From assembly GCA_021818065.1 (NCBI GenBank), contig JAKAFC010000001.1, forward strand, positions 1 to 50,662: a stretch of DNA of 50,662 nucleotides. The letters run 5' to 3'. Positions 22,416-32,504 of this stretch are shown piece by piece. Source of the DNA: Pseudomonadota bacterium (GTDB lineage: Bacteria > Pseudomonadota > Gammaproteobacteria > Burkholderiales > Burkholderiaceae_C). The notes under the pieces are model-generated. The model searched no databases. It was not told the origin of the DNA and saw only the letters and a program-made list of their open reading frames with translations. The translations under genes and the position numbers were made by a program. Position 1 is the first letter of the stretch. Each line of letters starts with the position of its first letter.

Positions 22416-23182
22416 TCTGTGGGCACGCTCGCGGCGCGCGCCTCGGACCGTAACAGCGCGCGGTAACGCCAAATCGACGGACTGCACCAAAGCCGCAGCA
22501 AGCTCGTGACGTGCCATCGCAGGTAGCGCCACTGAACATGGCTGTGGCGTTGCGCAGCATGGCGCACGGAAATGTCCTGCACGAAGTGCAACTGGCCGCC
22601 AGCCAATCGCAAACGTGCACACAAGTCAAAATCCTCGGCGTACAGATAGAAGCGCTCGTCAAAGCCACCCACCCGCCGAAACATTTCGGACCGGATGAGT
22701 AGAAACGCCCCAGGTAGCCAAACGGGATCAACCGCTGGCTGCCAATCAGGCATGCGCCTTCGTAAAATTTCCCAAGGTGTCAATAGGCCCCTGTTGGGCG
22801 CTGCACGCTCAGATTTTGGATCCAACAACGCAGGCCCCAGAATGGCATCTTGTGGCTTTGCTCTGGCAATGAGTTGTGCAAAAACGTCATTGGAAAAACG
22901 GATATCCGGATTCACTACAGCGAACCATTCTGTGTCGCACCAGGCAAACGCCGCGTTGTGGTTTGCTGCAAAACCTCTGGGGTGACGGTTCTCGATCGAG
23001 TGGCAACAGTCGTTCAGTTCCACAGGACAATGCCAATCAGGCTGCGGAAGGTTATGCGTCACCACGACACGATTTACGGTGCTGGTACGGCATGAGGAAA
23101 TCTGCGAAAGATCTTGAAGCAGATCCGTGAGCATGAGCGCTTGCCCGTGCGACACAACAGAAACCGTTACCGAACGCTTCAT
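22400..23182 (-). CDS. GT2 glycosyltransferase (rhamnosyltransferase-like)
   Basis: [35 protein letters not shown]; 4-bp overlap with upstream gene. Confidence 0.85.
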   Translation of the reverse strand: MKRSVTVSVVSHGQALMLTDLLQDLSQISSCRTSTVNRVVVTHNLPQPDWHCPVELNDCCHSIENRHPRGFAANHNAAFAWCDTEWFAVVNPDIRFSNDVFAQLIARAKPQDAILGPALLDPKSERAAPNRGLLTPWEILRRRMPDWQPAVDPVWLPGAFLLIRSEMFRRVGGFDERFYLYAEDFDLCARLRLAGGQLHFVQDISVRHAAQRHSHVQWRYLRWHVTSLLRLWCSPSIWRYRALLRSEARAASVPTDQRPR

Positions 23183-24174
23183 CGCATTCCAGTACCGCAG
23201 CGCCGCGGGAACACACGTTTGTCTAGAGTCTGCCAAATTTGTACCGGATTGACGGCACGTTCTGCCTGAATCGTGCGGCGTTTACTCCACATCTTTGGCA
23301 GCCCGCCGAGTGATTGCAATTTGGCTTTGGCCACGGTTTGGCAATGTCCCGCCACACAGAATCGGGCTACTTGGGCTAGATGCATCATCACATGCAAAGG
23401 CAGAAAAACCCAAAACATCCAGCCAGGCATGTTTTTCACAAAGATCCAGAGGAGGTTCCTTTGCCCATAAAACACAGAAAAGCGGCTACGCCTGCCTCCA
23501 GTCAGCGCCGACCCGAGGTGTACGACCCGCGCTGTTGGAATCTGCACCGCGTCATATCCCGCAAGTCTTAGGCGAAACCCTAGATCGACGTCTTCACCGT
23601 AGCAAAAAAAATCCTCGTCGAAGCCGCCGACCTTCTCAAAGGCAGCGCGTCGGTACATCGCCGCGGCGGCACAAACCGAAAAGACAGACTCGGGAGCAAG
23701 TTGATCCGTTGCGTTACGTAGCACGCAGCCATGACCTCGGCGCCAAATTAAACCACTCCAATGCATGGCGTCTCCCTCGCCATCGATGAATCCGCCGCCT
23801 TCATCCTGCAGTTGCAGCGACCCCAACGCGGCTACACGCGGCTGATTTGAGGCAGCAGACATCAGACTCGCGAGCCAATCCGGGCGTGCGAAGGCGTCAG
23901 GGTTCAGCAGAGCAACCCAGGCCGTTTGGCATTGCGCCACAGCGATGTTGTTGGCGCGGGCAAAACCTTCGTTCCGCGACAGCGCTATCCATCGAACCTG
24001 CGGGAAACGAGAGACCACGGCAGCCGTTGCATCCGTGCTCGCGTTGTCGACTACCAGGATCTGCCGCGGCTGCACAATCTGCCGCTGCAGCGCCTCAAGG
24101 CAGAGGCCGATGACGTCGGCTGCGTTCCAGGTCACGATCACAACCGTGACATCCGCTGCGTTCGATTCACTCAT
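23179..24174 (-). CDS. GT2 glycosyltransferase (rhamnosyltransferase-like)
   Basis: VVIVTWN, VVDNASTD, NEGFARANN, LLNPDA, GGFDEDFFCYGEDVD. Confidence 0.9.
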   Translation of the reverse strand: MSESNAADVTVVIVTWNAADVIGLCLEALQRQIVQPRQILVVDNASTDATAAVVSRFPQVRWIALSRNEGFARANNIAVAQCQTAWVALLNPDAFARPDWLASLMSAASNQPRVAALGSLQLQDEGGGFIDGEGDAMHWSGLIWRRGHGCVLRNATDQLAPESVFSVCAAAAMYRRAAFEKVGGFDEDFFCYGEDVDLGFRLRLAGYDAVQIPTARVVHLGSALTGGRRSRFSVFYGQRNLLWIFVKNMPGWMFWVFLPLHVMMHLAQVARFCVAGHCQTVAKAKLQSLGGLPKMWSKRRTIQAERAVNPVQIWQTLDKRVFPRRCGTGMR

Positions 24175-25424
24175 TCAAGTAGCGCGACAGTGCGATACAG
24201 GCTTTCGTAAAAAAATCCTTCTTCCTCGATACGCGCGGGCATCGGTAAACGGCTCTTCCACTTCGCCAGCAGCAGTCGATCGGCGAGAACTTGCCGCAAT
24301 GCCTGCGCCCAGTCGGCTGCTGATCCAGGCGTCACACATAGCCCGGCTTGGGAGTGACGGACCACCTCCGCCGGAGCGCCATGGTCGGCGACCAAAGCAG
24401 GCACCCCCAATGCTGCGGCCTCGTGGAACGTCAGTGAGAACGTCTCCGGCACAAGAGATGGGATACACAACAGGTCACAGGCCGAAAGCTCCGCAAACAG
24501 CGCCTGCTGATCCATTTCGCCCATTAGCCTGACACGGCGATCTGCAGCAATCAGGCTGTCGAGTCGGCGATGGTAGGCGGGATCCCCATGCCGACCGCCC
24601 ATCACACGCAACTCAACATCGGCCTCAGGCATGAGGGCCAGCGCATCAAGCAAGATATGCACCCCCTTCTGAGCGATCAGCGTTCCCGCAAAAGCCAACA
24701 CCAACGTTTCCTGTTTGCGGCGATCTGCCGGCGACGATACCCTGGGCCACATAGCCAGCAAATCCAGCCCATGTGGGATCACGCGAAAATCGAGTTGAGG
24801 AAATGCCGCCTCGGCGCGCGACTGCACGAAATGCGACGGCACGCATCGCAATGCAGCAGCTGAGAGCAATGCATTCGCCTGTCGATAACGAGTCAGTAAT
24901 CCCGGTTCCGTCCAGATACCGACCTGACAGTCCTTGACGCAACGCTGCCCCATTTGAGGCCCTTGGCAAGGCGTACCTTGCACATTGACCAGATTGATCT
25001 GAGAACAGGCCAAGAAAAAATCGGTCAACGTGACAAGGTAGGGAAGACCTGTTTTTTGAATCGCCATGACGGCCGTGGCCATGCGCATGGTATGCATCAC
25101 ATGCGCGACATGAAACCGCTTTCGGCGCAGCCAAGCCATCAATTCATCCGCCAGGCTTGCATCGACATCGAAACCCCACTCCGCTCCGGCAGGCAGACGT
25201 TGCCGCCCGATCGCCGTAACCTCAACCCCCTCGTCCATGTAGCAATGCGCCTGGCCGATCTCGGCATCCTCTGCCCAATGGGCCAATCGGGGGGCCATAC
25301 GGCAGGTCAGCACATGTACTGCATGTCCAGCATGGAGCAGAGTTCGAGCCAATTGAAGCGTGGCGCGCTCGGTGCCGCCTGAAAATTCGGGAAAAAATTG
25401 ATGAGTGACGAGCAAAATCCGCAT
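24171..25424 (-). CDS. GT4 glycosyltransferase
   Basis: MRILLVTHQFFPEFSGGTE, KGVHILL, PSLVPETFSLTFHEA (EX7E-like); TGATG coupling to upstream gene. Confidence 0.88.
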   Translation of the reverse strand: MRILLVTHQFFPEFSGGTERATLQLARTLLHAGHAVHVLTCRMAPRLAHWAEDAEIGQAHCYMDEGVEVTAIGRQRLPAGAEWGFDVDASLADELMAWLRRKRFHVAHVMHTMRMATAVMAIQKTGLPYLVTLTDFFLACSQINLVNVQGTPCQGPQMGQRCVKDCQVGIWTEPGLLTRYRQANALLSAAALRCVPSHFVQSRAEAAFPQLDFRVIPHGLDLLAMWPRVSSPADRRKQETLVLAFAGTLIAQKGVHILLDALALMPEADVELRVMGGRHGDPAYHRRLDSLIAADRRVRLMGEMDQQALFAELSACDLLCIPSLVPETFSLTFHEAAALGVPALVADHGAPAEVVRHSQAGLCVTPGSAADWAQALRQVLADRLLLAKWKSRLPMPARIEEEGFFYESLYRTVALLE

Positions 25425-28400
25425 CAAATACCCGCCTTCCATTCAGCAAATATCGCCTTGACCAGACTGGACTCATTGTCGTGGCCATCCTTGAATTGCA
25501 CGTACGCAAAACCCACTGCCGATCCCGCGGAGGCAGCAAAAATCTTGATGACGGCTGCCTGTATCTCAGCGTGCAAGCGCGCATCCATCGTGTCATGCAC
25601 AGACATGGCGTACTGTGCGAAATGCTCCAACCGCCCCAGAAACAAGTCGACAAACTGCTGCACATCCGCCGCAACTTCGCCCGTACCGCCTACCTGCAGG
25701 ACACGCTGTCTGAGCGCAAGCAGCGAAGCCTCGAAGCGGCTGTCATTCAAAGCGACGTCCTGCGCTGCAACTGGCACGTTGGTCAACCTAGAGCGCCAGT
25801 CACTGATCCACGACTCCAATACAGCCTTCACGGAACTTTGGTCGCCTTGTATCGCGGCCTGCTTCAGTAGCCAGTTTGAAAGGTGCCGTGCAACACGGTC
25901 GATGCCCTCGATCAAACCTGCAACCGACTGCACTCGTGGTCGCGGAAAATCATCGAACAATCCGACAAGAAACACCACATCGACGAACGAACGCTTCAGG
26001 TAATAAAACGCAGGCCGATTATGCGAATGAATCACCTTGACCGAAGCCAACATCGCCACTGCCTTGCCATCGCGGATGATGCGCATACCCAGATCCAGAT
26101 CCTCCGCATAATCACCACGGTAGCGATACTGATCGAACACATCCCGTGCAATCAGGCAGGCCACATCGCTGAGTTGTCCCTGCGAACGAAGCGCCATGTG
26201 GTCCGTGCCCTGCAAGCGACCGATGCGATCCTGATTCCGGCAAGCCAAAAAACGGTAATGCGTATCGATCATGCTGTCATACATCATGTCGCTGTCGCTG
26301 CGAGGTGTTTCTGAGCACGATACCGCGATCACCTTATCCTCAGCATGATCAAGTAGATAGCGCAACATCCCGTAAATCCAGTGGTCGCCGATCGGGTAGG
26401 CATCCTGCACCATGAATAATAAATAGTCCCCCGTTGCCTGATCTGCACCCAAATTGCGCGCGCCGCTATGGGAAAAATCCTCCGGCGCGATTTCCACGAC
26501 CGTACAGCCCCATTGCTTTGCCACTTCCTGCGAATTGTCCTTGGAACCCGAATCGACGATCACAATCTCGACAGAAGCCACGCCCTGCTGATTTTTGAGC
26601 TTACGCAACAGACCTGCAAATTCAGGCCCTGCATTCAGCGTTGGAATCACCACAGAAACCGTTCGATCGATCAGACTGACATCCGCAGTCAAATCTGGAT
26701 GTAGGCGGTGGGGACGCGATACAGTCGATGCAGATTCAAACGACCAAATCTCCGCATCCAGACCATTCTGGCGCTTGAGCAAGGAGAAAAGGAAATCCCG
26801 CCGACGCAAGTAATATGGGACTCGACGTATAACACCGCCAAGCCCATGCCGCCGAATCTCACCACGCAACGCACGCCCCGCATTGAGTCCCACGCGAGCG
26901 GCATCGCCATGACGCAAACTTGCCCAGCGACGGCTCAAAAACCGCATTGGTGCCGTCACCTTCCATGAATTTGAGGTGTAGAGTGCATAGCGTTCCTGCT
27001 GTGTCTGCGCTAGCTCCTGCTGTGTCTGCGCTAGCTCCTGCTGTGTCTGCGCTAGCTCCTGCTGTGTCTGCGCTAGCTCCTGCTGTGTCTGCGCCATTTC
27101 CTCCTGCAACTGCATTAGCGCCTTCTGCAACTGCATCACAGTCTGCCGACTGCCCAAGGCCTCGGCTCTGAAAGGTTCAAGGGCACCTACCTTACGCTTG
27201 AGCTCTCCTGCCAATGCCGGCAGTTCAACCAACTCTGCAGGTATGACCGCCTCATAAGAGCGTAATGCACGGCGATAATCCCGCCACCAATGTCCTGCCC
27301 GTGACATGCTGTTGGCATCGACCCGATACCACGAAAACGGCAGCAGGCTGTGCTCCAATCGTAACCCTTGCAAAATCGCCTTGGCGTAGAGTTCCCAATC
27401 TTCAGCGCCGATACCGCGATCTTCAGAGTAGCCTCCCAAGGCAAGCAGGCTCGAGCGTCGCACCAACGCATTCGCATCACCCAGATTATTTTCAAGAATC
27501 CCCAGCAACGGACAATTTCCAGAATGAGGCCATAATCGGTCTGGCCAGTGAGGTGCAAATCCCCCAGGCCCGGAAAACAATGCCATGACCGCGGTGACCA
27601 CATCAGCCTGAGTGCGCTCTGCCACCTGAACAGCCCGAGCAATTCCTTCTGGCATGAGCAGATTATCGTCATCCAGGATAAACAAATAATCTCCGGACGC
27701 AGCTTTTGCCGCTGCGTTACGCGCAGCGCCGAGGTAACGATTATCCTGACGGATCAGAATCCACCCTCTGGCATCAAACTCGGCTTTTAATGTATCCAGA
27801 TAAGCACGGGCCGCGGGCTGCGTACTGCCATCATCCACCAACACCACTTCAAAATTTTGGTAGGTCTGCGCACGCACGCTCGCCAGGCAATCGCTCAGCA
27901 GCTCCGGCCGGTTGAAGTGTGTAATGCAAACGCTCACAAGGGGTTGCCGCCCGCCTGAACACGCCGCGTTTTGAGCGGAGACAGCGCCCTGCCCACCCAG
28001 AACAGCATGGAGCGAAGCCGACAGCGCCGGGGGCGCGTGCATGGCATGACCAGCATCCCTGGCGATACGTCGTTCCAGGCACTGCGCCTCGGCATCCAGG
28101 ACATCCTGCAGATGCACCAGTCCATCCGGCTCCAGCCAAGACGGCGATGAAAAATAGTGGACATGGACGTCGCCATGGAAATCAGTCCAGCCTTGACGCC
28201 GCGCATCAAGAACATGCGCCGCAAGGCCGTAACCACCTTCGATATGCAATTGCGCGTACGCCCGAATGCGAAGCCACAGCCACGCTTGGTAAGCACGCCT
28301 CGTGTGCAGCCACCCGCCCAACTCTGGCCCTCCGATCTCGCGGCGCACCAAGGCGATCGCCGCTGGCAAATCGCTCTCCTCACAAAGATCATCTGGGGCC

Positions 28401-29380
28401 AACACCACACGATGTCCTGCCTCGGCGAGGTCTTTTGCCAACCGGATGCTTGCACGCATCGCATCTGCACTGGTGACGACGACGTGCAGCGCGCCTGTCC
28501 ATCGAGGCATTCCGCCGCGTTGCAGCAGCGCGTCCGCATACTCCGCTTCGGTTGCCAACTGGGCAACTTCCTTCGCAACAAATTTCTGGCTCAGCGCGTG
28601 CAAGCGCTCAAAAAATATTTGCGCCCATTCCGGCGCATTCAGGCCTACGGCCATCTGCCGGTGCAAGTCGTTGCGCACCCGGCCTTGAATGATTTGTTCA
28701 CGCTGCTGCGAATGCGTCTGCACACCGAGTGCCTGGGCCAACTGCAGCAATTGCGCTTCTCCGTCATCAAACCAGCGCGCATAGCTGAACACCCCGGCCA
28801 GATCATCCCCGGCATGCAACAGCGCTTCCATATTGAATCGCAGCCAGGTTCGATAGACATCATCGGGTTGCGCGCCGTCTCGGGCACGTATCGATGCCAC
28901 GACTTCGACGGGATCCCGAACCGCAAGAAGATACCGAGGCTGAATGCCTCGTTTCGCGAGCAATTCATTCCAGAGCGGCAAAAAACGGGTCGTCCGCGGA
29001 TCTTTGACACCCCAGATGGTCGCAGCTGCCCGCAAGCGACCATCAAGCCACTGCTCCAACTCCGCCACCAAAGGCAGCATTTCCGGTTGTCTCCACCACT
29101 GCGGCGGAAAGGGCATCATTCCCTTTTCGCCATGCCAGGGTTGCTGGTCAAGAGCCGCCAACATGCGCTCTTGAATCTCCACGCAGACACGGTCTTCAAA
29201 ATAGCCAGCGGGATTATGTTCATCAGCGGGATAGAGATCCTCGCCCATGTCCACCCCCAGAGACTGTGCAAGGCTTCCAAGCAGGCTCGTCCCGCTGCGA
29301 TGCATGCCAATCACGACAACCAAGAATCGGCCCTGTTGCACTTCGTCGGTGCGCATAAACGCTTGCTCTAGTCTCATCAT
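25424..29380 (-). CDS. Multidomain sulfotransferase / GT2 / coiled coil / GT2 protein
   Basis: GMHRSGTS (5'-PSB), KDPRT, RDPVEVVAS (3'-PB); GT2 VSVCITHFNR..VDDGS..LDDDN; (LAQTQQE)n; TSNSWKVTAPMR; GT2 VSVVIPTLN..VDSGS..VQDA. Confidence 0.85.
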   Translation of the reverse strand: MMRLEQAFMRTDEVQQGRFLVVVIGMHRSGTSLLGSLAQSLGVDMGEDLYPADEHNPAGYFEDRVCVEIQERMLAALDQQPWHGEKGMMPFPPQWWRQPEMLPLVAELEQWLDGRLRAAATIWGVKDPRTTRFLPLWNELLAKRGIQPRYLLAVRDPVEVVASIRARDGAQPDDVYRTWLRFNMEALLHAGDDLAGVFSYARWFDDGEAQLLQLAQALGVQTHSQQREQIIQGRVRNDLHRQMAVGLNAPEWAQIFFERLHALSQKFVAKEVAQLATEAEYADALLQRGGMPRWTGALHVVVTSADAMRASIRLAKDLAEAGHRVVLAPDDLCEESDLPAAIALVRREIGGPELGGWLHTRRAYQAWLWLRIRAYAQLHIEGGYGLAAHVLDARRQGWTDFHGDVHVHYFSSPSWLEPDGLVHLQDVLDAEAQCLERRIARDAGHAMHAPPALSASLHAVLGGQGAVSAQNAACSGGRQPLVSVCITHFNRPELLSDCLASVRAQTYQNFEVVLVDDGSTQPAARAYLDTLKAEFDARGWILIRQDNRYLGAARNAAAKAASGDYLFILDDDNLLMPEGIARAVQVAERTQADVVTAVMALFSGPGGFAPHWPDRLWPHSGNCPLLGILENNLGDANALVRRSSLLALGGYSEDRGIGAEDWELYAKAILQGLRLEHSLLPFSWYRVDANSMSRAGHWWRDYRRALRSYEAVIPAELVELPALAGELKRKVGALEPFRAEALGSRQTVMQLQKALMQLQEEMAQTQQELAQTQQELAQTQQELAQTQQELAQTQQERYALYTSNSWKVTAPMRFLSRRWASLRHGDAARVGLNAGRALRGEIRRHGLGGVIRRVPYYLRRRDFLFSLLKRQNGLDAEIWSFESASTVSRPHRLHPDLTADVSLIDRTVSVVIPTLNAGPEFAGLLRKLKNQQGVASVEIVIVDSGSKDNSQEVAKQWGCTVVEIAPEDFSHSGARNLGADQATGDYLLFMVQDAYPIGDHWIYGMLRYLLDHAEDKVIAVSCSETPRSDSDMMYDSMIDTHYRFLACRNQDRIGRLQGTDHMALRSQGQLSDVACLIARDVFDQYRYRGDYAEDLDLGMRIIRDGKAVAMLASVKVIHSHNRPAFYYLKRSFVDVVFLVGLFDDFPRPRVQSVAGLIEGIDRVARHLSNWLLKQAAIQGDQSSVKAVLESWISDWRSRLTNVPVAAQDVALNDSRFEASLLALRQRVLQVGGTGEVAADVQQFVDLFLGRLEHFAQYAMSVHDTMDARLHAEIQAAVIKIFAASAGSAVGFAYVQFKDGHDNESSLVKAIFAEWKAGI
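26994..27094. repeat. Perfect 21-bp coding VNTR (4 full copies plus 17 nt) encoding heptad LAQTQQE
   Basis: TCCTGCTGTGTCTGCGCTAGC at 26994, 27015, 27036, 27057 and partial at 27078. Confidence 0.97.
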
Positions 29381-29497
29381 CCCACGTCATCGCACCAACG
29401 CGGCTTTTCCCGCATTGCGCTGTTGCCGAAAAACCAAGCTGTATATATTGAGGTTTACCGCGAACTGCATGGCAGCTCAGCGGCAATCGAGCGCGAT

Positions 29498-30616
29498 TCA
29501 AGCATGGACGATCGTCATCGCCTCATGCAAGCGCGCCAAAAGCGCATCCAATTCTCCCGGTCCCCAGCGGGAATACATTGGGAGACAAACCATCCGTTCG
29601 GCCAATGCGGTGGCATTCGGAAGAGATTGACCGAATGCATAGGCTTGCAAGGAGTTGCACGTATGCAGTGCAGGTCGATAGTAACGCCTGGTCTGCACCT
29701 GCAGGTCGGCAGCGGCCAACTCAAATCGGTCGGCAATTTCAGCGTTCGGCGCGAGCATCGGCCATGCCTGCCAAGGAGCGTCTCCAGGGTCAATCGCCAT
29801 GCGCCAAGCCGCGGCGTCCCGCCGCATCCATTCCGCATAATGACCAGCGGCGGTACGGCGTACGGCCAAGTGCTCATCCAGGATGCGGTTTTGCGCGATG
29901 CCTACGGCAGCAGTGAATTCACTGAGCTTGCCGTTGAATCCCCAGCCCATCAGCTGGCCATCCTGCAGCCCGAAGTTCATGACGCGCTTGAGCAACGCCA
30001 CATCGTGCGCCTCGCAAGCGATCGCGCCGCCTTCCCCCACGGCGAAGACCTTGGTGGCATGCAGTGAAAAGGTCTCCATCCGGCCCTGACTGCCCGCCGC
30101 GGCACCCGTCACCAGCGTGCCGCCGAGCGCTGCGGCGCTGTCGAGCAGAAAGGGCACGTCATGCAGGTCACACCACTCCTGCACAGCCGTCCAGTCGCGG
30201 CACAAGCCGAAGGTTCTCACCCCGAGGACGGCAGCTATGGGCATGGCACACGCCCGCTTGGCGGCTTCCAAAGCGGGCACGTCCAGCTCCCAGGTCTGCG
30301 CATTGACGTCTGCCAGGACGGGCTGCATACCCGCCTGCAACACAGCACCCAGGGTCGCGGGAAAGGTAAAACTCGGCAGAATCACGCCACCGCTGCGTCC
30401 CAGCGCCATGAGCGCCGCTGTCATTGCTGCCGTACCGTTCGCCGCCAACACAACAGGACGCCCGACGCGTGCCGTCAGTTCCGCCTCAAGCCGCAGGGCC
30501 AGTGGTCCGTGGTTGCTAAAGCGATGCGTGGCATAGGCCTCTTCGAGAAGAGGCAGCCACTGTGCTGCAGGAGCAACTTCTGGGCGTTGAAACGGAAAAA
30601 CGAAGGAACGGTCCAT
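29498..30616 (-). CDS. DegT/DnrJ/EryC1/StrS family sugar aminotransferase (VioA-like)
   Basis: ANGTAA, PSFTFPAT, DSAAA, SLHATK (PLP lysine), GEGG, NGKLSE, RRYY. Confidence 0.88.
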   Translation of the reverse strand: MDRSFVFPFQRPEVAPAAQWLPLLEEAYATHRFSNHGPLALRLEAELTARVGRPVVLAANGTAAMTAALMALGRSGGVILPSFTFPATLGAVLQAGMQPVLADVNAQTWELDVPALEAAKRACAMPIAAVLGVRTFGLCRDWTAVQEWCDLHDVPFLLDSAAALGGTLVTGAAAGSQGRMETFSLHATKVFAVGEGGAIACEAHDVALLKRVMNFGLQDGQLMGWGFNGKLSEFTAAVGIAQNRILDEHLAVRRTAAGHYAEWMRRDAAAWRMAIDPGDAPWQAWPMLAPNAEIADRFELAAADLQVQTRRYYRPALHTCNSLQAYAFGQSLPNATALAERMVCLPMYSRWGPGELDALLARLHEAMTIVHA

Positions 30617-30693
30617 GGATTCCGCAGCGATCGGAGTGCGGCGATGCGGTCGAGTGCAAATGAATCGAGGCTGTGCTAGGGGGGTGATGGTAA

Positions 30694-31683
30694 TTAGTGT
30701 CGGGTACCACCAAGCCAGCGCTCACGCTGACGCTGCAGCCAGCCATCGAGCGGGCAAGCGCCCAGCGCCTGCAGACGCAACTGCAGCAGGCGGTTGCTTC
30801 CCTCGAGGCCTTCCCTCCGGAGCAGGGCACCATAGTGCACGGCCGATTGAAAATCGTCGTTCTTGTTCACGCCGCGCTCTTTGCGCAGGTAGTGCAACAG
30901 CCGGATTTCATCCAGAGCCCGGGGATACGCCTGCTCAAAACGGACGTCATTCGGAAAATTGTCGCGCACATCCAGGGCGTGCCAACCCAGGCCATGACGA
31001 GCGATGGACAAAGGTATCGCCATCTGACAGCGGTAAAAGCTGCGTTGGGGGTCCTGCGCCGGGTCGAGGTAGGCATTGACCTGCTCCATCTCGCCAATCA
31101 AACCCATGCCGAGTTGCTGCATGGTCTGCCTTGCAGCAGCAATGACCCCCAGATTAAAGTAGGGGGGCATGCGCTGCTCCTTCGCCGCGTCAAAGAAGCC
31201 AGCGCCGCTGGGCTTGCAGGTCAAATCGGGCGGCGGCAGACCCGCACTGGCGAACAAGGCCTGCCATTCCTCTTCCGTGAAGGGCGAGAAATGCGCCGGG
31301 AAACCCCAAACCTCCCCACCCTGGGCAACCATGGCCACCAGGGGATCCAGGCTGTTGCACACCAACACATCGGCGTCGAGCATCAGCACCACATCGGCGG
31401 TGAATGGTCCGGCCCAGCGCGCCAGCGCCGTGCCGTAATACCAGTGCTTGGCGAACAGCGCCTCGTCCACCCAGCGGAAGCGCACACCAAGGCGCCGTGC
31501 CCAAGGATGCAACCGATGGAGGTCGGGCAGGCCCGGAAGCTCCGGGCTGACCCAAGCTGTCAGCGTGGCGTTGCGTCCGACCTCGCCACCAAAGCGCCGC
31601 AGGCTGGCTGCGAGCGCCCAGGTTTGCCGCAAGAACATCGGCGTTGGGCTGATCGGGATATGAATCTCGAGCGAAACGGGCAT
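30694..31683 (-). CDS. Hypothetical protein, probable GT-A (GT8-like) glycosyltransferase
   Basis: VLMLDADVL DxD motif, PYFNLGVI and LLHYL motifs recall GT8; located in glycan operon. Confidence 0.55.
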   Translation of the reverse strand: MPVSLEIHIPISPTPMFLRQTWALAASLRRFGGEVGRNATLTAWVSPELPGLPDLHRLHPWARRLGVRFRWVDEALFAKHWYYGTALARWAGPFTADVVLMLDADVLVCNSLDPLVAMVAQGGEVWGFPAHFSPFTEEEWQALFASAGLPPPDLTCKPSGAGFFDAAKEQRMPPYFNLGVIAAARQTMQQLGMGLIGEMEQVNAYLDPAQDPQRSFYRCQMAIPLSIARHGLGWHALDVRDNFPNDVRFEQAYPRALDEIRLLHYLRKERGVNKNDDFQSAVHYGALLRREGLEGSNRLLQLRLQALGACPLDGWLQRQRERWLGGTRH

Positions 31684-31713
31684 GGCGTGGGTGCAAGACG
31701 GCGGCGATCGGCA

Positions 31714-32352
31714 TCAGCCTGCCGCGGGCTCCGGCGGAACTTCCAGGCCCACCGGGGGTGGGGCGCGAAAGGTCTGGCCGTATGGCCCCTCGGCGGCGAT
31801 CAGCGCCTGCTGGCGACGCAAAATTTCCTCACGCGGCCGCGGCTTGATGCGACGCGCCGGATTGCCGCCATAAATCCCCCACGGGGCCAGGCTACGGGTC
31901 ACCACGCTGCCCGCCGACATCATGCTCCCCTCGCCGACGGCCACGTCTGGGAACACGATGGTCCCTGCCCCCAGCCCGGCATGTGGGCCGAGCCAGACGG
32001 CGCCGCGGTGCACGGCGCGGTAGGCGGCAGGAATGGTCGGGTTGGTCAAGCCGCCACCCAAGAAATCGTCACTGCCACACATCACTTTCACACCAATCGA
32101 CATGCCGGCAAAGTCGCTGATGTAGCAGCGCCCCCCGCCAATGAGGGCGGTGTGCACACCGAGATGGACATGATTGCCGATGACCAGTTCTTCGTGCCCA
32201 CCGAGGAACACGAAGTCGTCGATCATCACATGGCTGCCGAGGTGAATGCGTTCCGGGCGCACGATACGCACCGTGGAGCGGATGATGACGTTGTCACCGC
32301 ACGAGGCGAAACCGAGCCGTCGTGGGTCCAGGGTGTTGGACAAGGTGGTCAT
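31714..32352 (-). CDS. Hexapeptide-repeat sugar acyltransferase (VioB-like)
   Basis: LbH repeats (IHLGSHVMIDDF, VIGNHVHLG), GSDDFLG..LTNPTIP, YGGNPAR. Confidence 0.8.
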   Translation of the reverse strand: MTTLSNTLDPRRLGFASCGDNVIIRSTVRIVRPERIHLGSHVMIDDFVFLGGHEELVIGNHVHLGVHTALIGGGRCYISDFAGMSIGVKVMCGSDDFLGGGLTNPTIPAAYRAVHRGAVWLGPHAGLGAGTIVFPDVAVGEGSMMSAGSVVTRSLAPWGIYGGNPARRIKPRPREEILRRQQALIAAEGPYGQTFRAPPPVGLEVPPEPAAG

Positions 32353-32436
32353 GATCGAAAGCCTTCCCATCGGTGCCAGCACGGCTTGCGACGCGGGACG
32401 GTGCCATCCCCCCTCGCAAACGGTCTGCTCTCTACG

Positions 32437-32462
32437 AAAAAAAACCGGGGCCGAAGCCCCGG
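32437..32462 (-). terminator. Strong intrinsic terminator of the surface-protein gene
   Basis: Minus strand CCGGGGC-TTCG-GCCCCGG-TTTTTTTT. Confidence 0.92.
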
Positions 32463-32504
32463 ATGATGAACCGCATAATCGTTTTATAACCAGTGCAACG
32501 CTGC

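Noticed and set aside
29439-29454. LexA box (CTGTATATAT...)
   Set aside because: Right half-site ACAG is absent
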